This document shows positions 52,187 through 60,306 of a stretch of 64,000 nt of DNA, in pieces. The DNA lies in contig OY759599.1 of the NCBI GenBank assembly GCA_963662465.1, positions 8,064,001 through 8,128,000 on the forward strand. The letters run 5' to 3'. The stretch's first letter is position 1. Every line of letters starts with the position of its first letter. The translations under genes were made by a program, and so were the position numbers. This DNA is from Desulfatiglandales bacterium (lineage in GTDB: Bacteria > Desulfobacterota > DSM-4660 > Desulfatiglandales > Desulfatiglandaceae). The notes beneath the pieces were generated by a model. The model was not told the origin of the DNA. It saw only the letters and a list, made by a program, of their open reading frames with translations, and did no database searches.

Positions 52187-52570
52187 ATGAACCAATCATT
52201 CGAACAGGAAATCCGGTACAAGATCCTCAAGATTTTAGCCGCTGAACCCCATATCGCCCAGCGGGAACTGGCCCGCCGGATGGGCATCAGCCTGGGCAAG
52301 ACCAACTTTGTCCTGTCCGAGCTGGCGGAAAAGGGCATCATCAAAATCAAGCGTTTCAAGGACGCGCCCCAAAAGATTCCCTATTCCTACATGTTGACGC
52401 CCCTGGGCCTGGAGCAAAAAGCCAAAATCACCGCCCTGTTCCTGAAGCGAAAATTAATGGAATACGAAGAAATCAAATACCAGATAGAAGAAATCACCGA
52501 AGAACTCAAAACAGTCGAAAACCTGGGTGATTCAGACCTGCATTTATTGAAAGAAACAGCCAAAATTTAA
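52187..52570 (+). CDS. MarR-family EPS-associated regulator, second copy
   Basis: AQRELARRMGISLGKTNF, YSYMLTPLG; TTGACA at 52150. Confidence 0.88.
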   Translation: MNQSFEQEIRYKILKILAAEPHIAQRELARRMGISLGKTNFVLSELAEKGIIKIKRFKDAPQKIPYSYMLTPLGLEQKAKITALFLKRKLMEYEEIKYQIEEITEELKTVENLGDSDLHLLKETAKI

Positions 52571-52761
52571 ACGGAAGACTTAAAACGTAAAACGTAAAAC
52601 CTTTTCCCCACTTTCGTAACTCAAGGGGCGGAGCTGTCTGAAGCGGCAAGCCGCGGATTTAAGTTTTACGTTTTAGGGGGATAACCTTACAAACCTGCCA
52701 ACGTCCCATTACGTCCCCCTAATTAAAGGGCGTTATGCTATTAGGATGAAGGAGGTTGCAG

Positions 52762-53351
52762 ATGGAGACACAAACATCAAAAACAAAAACCTCTTCTTTG
52801 GAAGCCATTGTTCGCAAAACCATACAGAGCAATTTGTTGGAAGGGATTATCGAAATTCCTAACAAACTTAGGAATCGTTTGGTGGAGGTGATTCTTTTGC
52901 CTGTTGTTAGTGAAAAACACAACGGTCAAAGTAATATGAAGTCAGGTTCCTCTCTGAAGCGCTTCGCAGGTGCATGGTCCGGGGAACAACTCGTCAGGGA
53001 AGATCAGGGAAACTATGAGGTCCGTTTCTTTCAGCTGATCCAGCAACAATTTGGCTTTGTTCGGTTGTAAAAGCCGAATTGTTCTTCGGTGCTCTGAAAA
53101 GTGTTCGAATCAAAGAAAACCTTCGGCTTTTGGATGAATTGTTTGCAAATTTCGATTCTGTTTTTTTTGACGACGATGCTGCTCGAAAATACGGCGAGAT
53201 CCGTTCGGATCTTGCTCGGAAGGGTACTCCAATTGGTCCGAACGATTTGATGATTGCGGCTATAGCTTCAGTGCATGAGGCAGTACTTGTTACGCATAAC
53301 ACCAGAGAATTTGCGCGAGTAATAGGCCTCACAATTGAAGACTGGGAATAG
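52762..53351 (+). pseudogene. Antitoxin-vapC pair with a deletion across their junction
   Basis: Paralogous to 44865-45523; vapC lacks YLLDTN but keeps CSVVKAEL..IGPNDLMIAA..VTHNTREF. Confidence 0.8.
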
Positions 53352-53626
53352 CCAAAAAGAGCTGATCTGTATCCAAAGGAAGCAAGAAGGGAATGAGATA
53401 ATCTGCACTCACGCCACAAAAGCCCTTTTGATTCCCATGCTGCACGATGCTAGGAAAAAAGGTGTAGGGTATAGGGTTTAAGGTATAAGGCGAACCCCGC
53501 ACCTTGTTCCCTACACCTTAAACCTTAAACCCTGAACCCTGCGTAAAGAAAGCCTGACCCCAGCAATAGAAAAAAAAAGATAAATCCTTGAAATCCTGTT
53601 AATCCTGTCAAAAAAAAAGGCTGAAA

Positions 53627-53842
53627 ATGAAAACTACCCAAGCCAACATCGCCTTCATCGGTGCCGGTGCTGTGGTCACACGAAACGCCCCGGCCCACGC
53701 CCTCATGCTCGGCAACCCCGCTCGCAGAACGGGCTGGATGTGCCGGTGCGGAGAACGCTTGACCGACGACCTGGACTGCCTTGCCTGCGGCAAAACCTAT
53801 GAAAAAAACGAAGACGGCTTAAAAGAAATTAGACAGGATTAA
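53627..53842 (+). pseudogene. Collapsed wbpB-wbpD gene (first 12 codons joined to the last about 59)
   Basis: MKTTQANIAFIG + [19 protein letters not shown]. Confidence 0.85.
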
Positions 53843-53994
53843 CAGGATCAACAAGATTAAAAACAAGAAAACAATCCTGCAAAATTCTGTTAATCCTGTC
53901 AGAAAACAGTTTTTTGTTGAAAAAACCTTTCAGATGTGTATAAGAACTTGCCTTCTTTGTAAAGCATCCGGTAATATTTGATAATCTTCTTGAG

Positions 53995-54528
53995 ATGATG
54001 GGGTCGAATGCTGAAATTGTCTATGTTGATAAAATCGTTCCCGATGCTTACCATGGAACTGAGCTTAAAACAGCTCTAAAAATACTCAGAGGAAAGAACT
54101 TTATTCCGAGCAGAGGGAAAGAAACATATTTAGGGGATGGCGTATATTTTTACGAAAGCTCATTATGGCACGCCAGACAATGGTGTCAAAGGCGTTTTCC
54201 TGGTTTAAGACATGGTGTAATTTGTGCTGCAATCAATTTAAGGAGGTGTTTGGACCTCCATAATTACGAACACCGCAAGCTTCTTCAGCAAGTAAGATTA
54301 AACTTGGAAATGAAAGGTTACAAAAAATTAACCGACACTTTTTTGATAAACTTCTGCGCTACCAACATAAAAGAATTTGACACCGTTAGATGGACATACA
54401 CCGCAACTGGCGGCAAATATGGCAAAATATATCCAGGATCAAGAATAGATGATTTTTCACAGCTCATAATTTGCGTAAGAAACCAGGAATCAATTCTCAG
54501 CATTGAACTGGCTGATGAGGGGGGCTGA
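53995..54528 (+). CDS. Putative ADP-ribosyltransferase-fold toxin
   Basis: AYHGT, LGDGVYFY, QLIICVRN. Confidence 0.65.
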   Translation: MMGSNAEIVYVDKIVPDAYHGTELKTALKILRGKNFIPSRGKETYLGDGVYFYESSLWHARQWCQRRFPGLRHGVICAAINLRRCLDLHNYEHRKLLQQVRLNLEMKGYKKLTDTFLINFCATNIKEFDTVRWTYTATGGKYGKIYPGSRIDDFSQLIICVRNQESILSIELADEGG

Positions 54529-54530
54529 AA

Positions 54531-54803
54531 ATGGAAAATGAGTTAAGAGATTTCAGGCAAAAAATAGTTCAGTATTTTTCCGAAATAAGCGATGACCAAC
54601 TCCGTAAAGATATGGAAAAGGCCGGATATGAGGTTTATAAAAATGTAGATGTCCATATTTTGAGCGATGCTGTTTCTGAAGAAGAATTTACATTTTCGGT
54701 AAAGAGCAGAACAGCCCGGACTGCCTTCAACAAAGTAGACCTTAGGTTTCATAACGTTTTTACGCCAGACAACCATCCATATAATTTCAAGATTGCTGCT
54801 TAA
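54531..54803 (+). CDS. Putative antitoxin with extended C-terminal tail
   Basis: 90 aa between the toxin and the SecB-like gene; ends YNFKIAA. Confidence 0.6.
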   Translation: MENELRDFRQKIVQYFSEISDDQLRKDMEKAGYEVYKNVDVHILSDAVSEEEFTFSVKSRTARTAFNKVDLRFHNVFTPDNHPYNFKIAA

Positions 54804-54818
54804 AGGCGCCTTCATAAA

Positions 54819-55283
54819 ATGATGACAAGTCAGGCACAATTCAAACACCATCCCATCTGTTTGAGGGATGTGCGGGTTATAGAACTATACATCAGAGGAA
54901 ATATCCATCCTGATGAAATCAACGAAGAGCAAGCAGCGAGGAACTCATCAATTAACGTTGGTCATTCTGAATACGACACGGCAAACCATCGTATAGTTGT
55001 GGGTCTCACTTTAGAACTCAAAGAGGGTGAGGAAAAGGAAAGTGAATTGCCCTATTTCCTCAAGGTTGAATTAGCAGCCTTGTTCGAAGTTGATGAGTCT
55101 AAGTTCGACAAAGAACACATTTATGATTGGGCCAGAAGGAACGCGCCATTTATTCTTTTTCCATACCTAAGAGAAGAAGCTTATGCTCTCACAATAAGGG
55201 CTGGTTATAAGCCGTTAATTCTTCCTCTTCTTGAAGTTCCTACATTTCAATCCGAAAGAATGGCTCCAACAACTGGACTGTGA
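54819..55283 (+). CDS. SecB-like chaperone
   Basis: VELAALFEV, NAPFILFPYLRE..LT.RAG..PLILP. Confidence 0.88.
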   Translation: MMTSQAQFKHHPICLRDVRVIELYIRGNIHPDEINEEQAARNSSINVGHSEYDTANHRIVVGLTLELKEGEEKESELPYFLKVELAALFEVDESKFDKEHIYDWARRNAPFILFPYLREEAYALTIRAGYKPLILPLLEVPTFQSERMAPTTGL

Positions 55284-55338
55284 GCAATTCTTTTCGCAAA
55301 AGAAATCCTGTAAAATCCTGTTAATCCTGTCTAAAAAA

Positions 55339-55737
55339 ATGGAACAGGAAGACCTAACCCACAAAATCATCGGCTGTGCCTACAAAGTATATAACACCCT
55401 CGGCTTCGGTTTCCTTGAAAGCATCTATCACAAAGCCATGCTGATCGAACTTGCCGAAGTCGGGATGGTTGCCGAATCAGAAAAACCCCTGAAAGTCACT
55501 TACAGAGACAAAATAATTGGTGAATTTTCAATAGACATATTCGTTGAAAATGAAATCATCGTGGAACTCAAATCCGTTGAGCATCTGGTGAAAGCCCATG
55601 AGGTCCAGGTCGTCAACTACCTCACAGCCTCAAAAAAGGAAATCGGTCTCCTCATCAACTTCGGACCCACCGGAGTCAAAGTTAAAAGAAAATACAGAAA
55701 AAGTCTTGCACAGTATTTACAGGCTCAACCAGATTAA
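55339..55737 (+). CDS. GxxExxY protein (PD-(D/E)xK nuclease-like)
   Basis: LGFGFLESIY, DIFVENEIIVELKSV, QVVNYL, GLLINFG. Confidence 0.92.
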   Translation: MEQEDLTHKIIGCAYKVYNTLGFGFLESIYHKAMLIELAEVGMVAESEKPLKVTYRDKIIGEFSIDIFVENEIIVELKSVEHLVKAHEVQVVNYLTASKKEIGLLINFGPTGVKVKRKYRKSLAQYLQAQPD

Positions 55738-55944
55738 AACCAAAAAAAATCCTGTAAAATCCTGTTAATCCTGTCAAAAACAAATGCACTTCATAGATTT
55801 ATCAGCCCAACAACAAAACACTTAGACAGGATTTACAGAATCAACAAGATTAAAAACAAAAAAAATCCTGCAAAATCCTGTTAATCCTGTCTAAAATGTT
55901 TTTCACAAAATACAACAGAGCCAAGAAAACCTTTTCCCTTCGTT

Positions 55945-56025
55945 ACCTTTACAGTCCCGAGCAATCAGGAATACTCCGTACCGCAGGTCAAGATGTTACT
56001 GAAAGAAGTTGAAGTGGGAATAGGG
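55945..56025 (+). pseudogene. HicA-like toxin 3' fragment
   Basis: TVPSNQEYSVPQVKMLLKEVE. Confidence 0.5.
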
Positions 56026-56029
56026 GGCA

Positions 56030-57265
56030 AAACCTTTGCGAACACATCGAGGAGGGCCGGATCATACAGTCTGTGAACTGGTACTTGCTTCCTTTTCTGG
56101 AATGGCTTGCACAACACTGGGATCCCCTTCTGCATGAACAGAGACTTCCGATTAAGCACAGCGATGCCGGCAATACCGCATGGGCTTCTTTTCAGAGCCA
56201 CTTCCAGCCCCCCATCGGTTACGATCACGATCAGGCCTCAGAATGGGATACGAAGTGGGATGCCTGGATGACTCGGCACAGTCTCCTAATGGCCAGGGCC
56301 GGAGGACTTTTTCCAGATCTTTTCATTCGGCGGTATCGCGATCAAATAGAACTATCATGGGGAGAGATCTTGCACCCCGGCGCGCCCCGGGGGTTCCGTT
56401 TTTGCGCTCCTGCCGGGTTCGTACGGCTACCGCCTTCCACGGTTTCTCAACCCCTTTTCCAATTGTTGCTGGGATCCGCCCAATTCTTAATGGGGCGATG
56501 CGTCGATTCACAGAGGATAAAAACCCTCACCCAGGCAATTCAGAATATTCCGCGGGCTGATCAAACACCGCGTCTGGCCTGGCTGGCGGGTTTGGACCTG
56601 CAAATCGGGAAAGCCATAGGCCGGTGGAATCGATTTGCGGAGAAAGTCTCCGGTACGCTGGGCGATGCGGGCAAGCGCCTTTTTTCAGAGAGCCAATGTC
56701 TAGAAAATATCGTTATAACAGGTTCTTGCGATGCAGCCATGATGTTCGGTTCTCTTGCGCCGACCATAGAGGAAGAAGATGTGTTGGCGATTGCTCGAAA
56801 GATGATCGAAGCTGCGGAGCAGGAACAGCATGACGAATTATTGGAGCAAATGACAAGGCCAATTCAGTTGGATGACGATCCATCGCCCCCGTGGGAACAA
56901 GGCTATAATCTGGCCATGCCCTTATGCGAGGACATGGCCGTCAGCCAAACCGGCAGTTCTGTTGATGTGGCAAACGTGCTAAAGGGATTGGGTATTCATT
57001 TTGGGGAGATTGCCTTGACAGACAGCGAGATCCGGGCAATTAGCCTTGCAGGCCCTCATCATCACCCGACCATCCTGCTTAATATGAATAACCCTACAAA
57101 TCAGTACGATTCAGGCCGTCGATTCACCTTTGCCCATGAACTGTGTCATCTCCTTTATGACCGAACATACGGTATGAAACTGGCGATGGCGTCAGGCCCG
57201 TGGGCGCCCAGGGATATCGAAAGACGCGCCAATGCCTTTGCGGCCATGTTTATTATGCCCACCCA
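56030..57265 (+). pseudogene. ImmA/IrrE-family metallopeptidase gene, apparently truncated at both ends
   Basis: RRFTFAHELCH, ERRANAFAAMFIMP, then unrelated sequence. Confidence 0.75.
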
Positions 57266-57740
57266 TTTTAACTTTCATGAAATCATTGCAAACTCCTGAG
57301 TTCTCAGACTTAATCCATGATCGAGAAGGGAATAAGCAGCTTCAATTTTAGACGGTTGCTCGGCGTTGAGGGAAGGGTGGTTTTGGGTTTTGGGTTTTGG
57401 GTTTTGAGTTTTGGGTTTTAGGTTTTGGGTTTTGGGTTTTGAGTTTTGGGTTTTGGGTTTTGAGTTTTGGGTTTTGGGTTTTTCAGTCAATGAACTTCTT
57501 GTTTTTTGTGACAGAAAACCTGGAAATAAGGTACTAGGCTTTTTCCGAGACTACGCTCGGAAAAAGTGGCTTCTTGGAAGCCCTCAAGGATACAACTAGC
57601 TGTATTTTTTTCCTTAACTCAAAACCCAAAACCCAAAACCCAAAACCCAACACCCAACACCATCTTTGCTCTCTTCCTTACCTTCTGTAAAAAGCCCTAA
57701 AAAAAATCCTGTAAAATCCTGTAAATCCTGTCTAAAAAAA

Positions 57741-58036
57741 GGTCCCGGTTTTTCAGGAACCAGGACAAACTGAAGGAAACCGCCGTTCAGGATGACCTGA
57801 ATAAGACCCTGTCCGGAGCCGATGCCATTATTTTGGCGGTGCAACACCGGGCCTATCTTGAACTGGACCCGGCTTCTGTGGTTGAAATGACCGGCAACCC
57901 TGCCGCCATTGTGGACTGTTTCGGCATTCTGAACGATGCGGCCATCAAGCGCTACTTTGAACTGGGCTGTGAGGTCAAAGGTCTCGGCCGGGGACATGTG
58001 AAACGAATCAAGGATGCGGTCAGAGATTCTGCGTAG
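57741..58036 (+). pseudogene. 3' end copy of the dehydrogenase, more diverged allele
   Basis: ELDPASVVEMTGNPAAIVDCFG vs NLDPDGVVEMIGGPAAVVDCFG. Confidence 0.9.
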
Positions 58037-58196
58037 GAAAGCATAACAAAAATAAATCCTAAAAATCCTGTTAATCCTGTCTGAAAAAGAGTTATGGAAT
58101 TATGGAACAACGCCCCCCATTCCTACGGGGTGCCAAAAAAACGAAAGGTTCACGAGTAAAGAACCAAGCACTTAGAAAGATGGAGGACTGTGTGTA

Positions 58197-58403
58197 ATGG
58201 CAAAATTAACACTAGAATATTGGGAAGACGATGGATGGCTTGTCGGCCGCCTGATAGAGGTCCCCGGCATTTTTAGTCAAGGCGAAACAATGGAAGACCT
58301 TAAGGAAAACATCCAGGATGCTTATAAGTTAATGTTGGAAAGTGAACCTATGGAATCTTTCCCTAAACCACGTAATCGGATTCCCTTTGAGGTAAGGGTT
58401 TGA
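58197..58403 (+). CDS. hicB: HicB-like antitoxin
   Basis: GWLVGRLIEVPGIFSQGETMEDL. Confidence 0.85.
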   Translation: MAKLTLEYWEDDGWLVGRLIEVPGIFSQGETMEDLKENIQDAYKLMLESEPMESFPKPRNRIPFEVRV

Positions 58404-58585
58404 AGCGAAGAGAATTCATCCGTAAATTGTCAAATGAAGGATGTTCTTTATATCGTCGAGGCTCCAGGCATGACATCTATTTGAATTCCCAAACCGGTAA
58501 AAAAGCACCAGTTCCAAGGCATCAAGAAATCAAGAATTCTTTATGCGCACTTATCAGGAACCAACTTGGACTCTTGAAAGAATAA
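58400..58585 (+). CDS. hicA: HicA toxin
   Basis: RRGSRHDIY..VPRHQEI. Confidence 0.88.
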   Translation: MKRREFIRKLSNEGCSLYRRGSRHDIYLNSQTGKKAPVPRHQEIKNSLCALIRNQLGLLKE

Positions 58586-58689
58586 TACATGCCATCATCT
58601 ATCACCCCTAACCTAACCTTATTGGAGGTAAGTCAAGCAGAGACCTTTATATTAGCAAGGATGTCCCACATTGCGAACTTTCAAGCGCC

Positions 58690-58893
58690 CTCAAGGCCAA
58701 AGACATCCCCTCTGTCGCCTATTATGCGGTACCGCTTCATCTGCAAGGCGCCTTTGCCGATCTGGGTTATAAACCCGGCGACTTTCCCGTGGCTGAGCAT
58801 GTTGCGGCCAAGTGCCTTAGCCTGCCGATGCATCCGTATCTCAGCGGTGAAGACCAAAAGCGAATCGCGGTCAGTATTGGAGATGGGCGATAG
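58690..58893 (+). pseudogene. 3' end copy of the DegT gene (shorter copies near 44165, 45738, 48258)
   Basis: IPSVAYYAVPLHLQGAF..LSLPMHPYLS. Confidence 0.88.
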
Positions 58894-59039
58894 GTACAGA
58901 TAGATGTAAGAGTTGGCAACTCAAAACCCAAAACCCAAAACCCAACACCATCTTTGCTCTCTTCCTTACCTTCTGTAAAAAGCCCTTAAAAAAAATCCTG
59001 TAAAATCCTGTAAATCCTGTCTAAAAAACCGGAGAACCC

Positions 59040-59940
59040 TTGATGCAACAAAAACAACCCAATGCAACCATTAACAACGCCTCCTCTCCTCTCGGCGTGT
59101 CCACCTCCCCCAGCGGAGAGGAATTCCCTTTACCACGGCCCGAGGACTATAACCAGGAATTCAAGAGACTCAAGAAACTGGTGAATGAACAACGGCTCAA
59201 GGGCCGGGAAATAGTTGTTGTCATGGGTGTCGGGTTTGTAGGCGCTGTTATGGCGGGTGTGGTTGCCGACTCAGTGAATCGGGAAACGGGGGAATCCAGG
59301 TATTTCGTCATCGGCATGCAGCGGCCTTCTCCCCGATCTTTCTGGAAAATCCCGTACCTCAACCGGGGCATTGCCCCCGTGGAAGCCGAGGACCCGGATG
59401 TGGCGCCCTTGATTCAACGGTGTGTACAGGACAAGCAGACCCTCACAGCCACCTTTACCTACGACGCCCTGTCACTTGCGGATGTGGTGGTAGTGGATGT
59501 TCAGTGCGATTACCACAAGGAGAGCCTGGGGAATGTTCGTCAGGGACATGCCGACATCGAGGCGCTGGAAGAGAGTCTCAAGATTATCGGAGAGAAGATT
59601 GAACCGCACTGTCTGGTCTTGATCGAAACGACCGTTCCTCCCGGCACCACGGAGTATGTGGCATACCCCATCATAAAAAGGGCCTTTGAAGCGCGCGGGC
59701 TTTTTCAGATATCAGATGTCGGAGATCAGCGATCAGAGCAGGTAAATCCCGAATCAGAGCCCAAATCTCAGTCCTCCTTGCCCCGTGAAATTCACGTCAG
59801 TGACGAACACAGCGAATTTCACCGGGGTGACCTCCGTCCTCCGACGTCTGACCTCTGTCCTCACCCGTGCCTTGCATGTGGCCCAGTTGGTGCGCGATGC
59901 GCTGCGGAATATGGGACGGATAGTGGCTGCTTCCAAAATT
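59040..59940 (+). pseudogene. 5' copy of the dehydrogenase, broken at the repeat-bearing loop
   Basis: Matches 46315-46983, then heptamers plus REP, then a short piece matching 47525-47600. Confidence 0.9.
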
Positions 59941-60104
59941 ATTCCAGCGCTTGAATCGGAGAAGCCGGCGAAAGATAGATGTAAGAGTTGGCAACCCAAA
60001 ACTCAAAACTCAAAACCCAACACCATCTTTGCTCTCTTCCTTACCTTCTGTAAAAAGCCCTTAAAAAAAATCCTGTAAAATCCTGTTAATCCTGTCAAAA
60101 AAAA

Positions 60105-60253
60105 GGTCCCGGTTTTTCAGGAACCAGGACAAACTGAAGGAAACCGCCGTTCAGGATGACCTGAATAAGACCCTGTCCGGAGCTGATGCCGTTATTTTGG
60201 CGGTGAGGCATCGGGCCTATCTTGATCTGGACCCGGATGGGGTGGTGGAAATG
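60105..60253 (+). pseudogene. Short internal 3' copy of the dehydrogenase
   Basis: Same start point as the 51768 and 57741 copies. Confidence 0.88.
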
Positions 60254-60306
60254 CCCACCTATTTTTGAAGATGATTTTGGCGAAACGCTGTGTTAGCCGA
60301 AGATTC

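Larger units (their letters stand above)
26256..53561 (+). repeat. Dispersed motif AAyAACGrCAATAArGAArGCCTGACCCC and variants
   Basis: Copies ending near 26153, 26284, 26715, 28164, 28261, 40429, 48498, 51160, 53561, all on +. Confidence 0.8.
26418..58121 (+). repeat. Dispersed motif CAACGTCCCC(C)ATT and variants
   Basis: Copies at about 26418, 26813, 26887, 28485, 28526, 44254, 45528, 48240, 51197, 51535, 52699, 58108, all on +. Confidence 0.82.
40178..60020. repeat. Clusters of heptamer tandem repeats: AAAACyC, GCCCATA, GACCwCC, AAAACGT, AACCyTr
   Basis: About 40178-40310, 41205, 42352, 44125, 45795, 46190, 46988, 48098, 50326, 52091, 52580, 53460, 57379-57482 (inverted), 57616, 58919, 59829, 59994. 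Confidence 0.9.
42936..60102. repeat. 9/10-mer repeat AATCCTGTAAAATCCTGTTAATCCTGTC, often paired with its inverse GACAGGATTAACAGGATT
   Basis: About 15 clusters: 42936, 46265, 48187, 49430, 50925, 51730, 53583, 53830, 55303, 55748, 55822, 57704, 58055, 58993, 60068. Confidence 0.92.

Noticed and set aside
57275..57997. ORFs with KPKTQN or FWVLGF repeats (also 39945-40474, 47889-48131)
   Set aside because: Translations of heptamer DNA repeats, with no sign of being real genes.
26140..60253. Classical integron
   Set aside because: No IntI-type integrase beside the array, no convincing RYYYAAC..GTTRRRY attC pairs seen, and many cargoes are cut mid-gene.
46315..60253. Duplicated fragments as a simple assembly repeat error
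   Set aside because: Copies carry many distinct substitutions and different ends. Strain co-assembly still cannot be excluded without reads.
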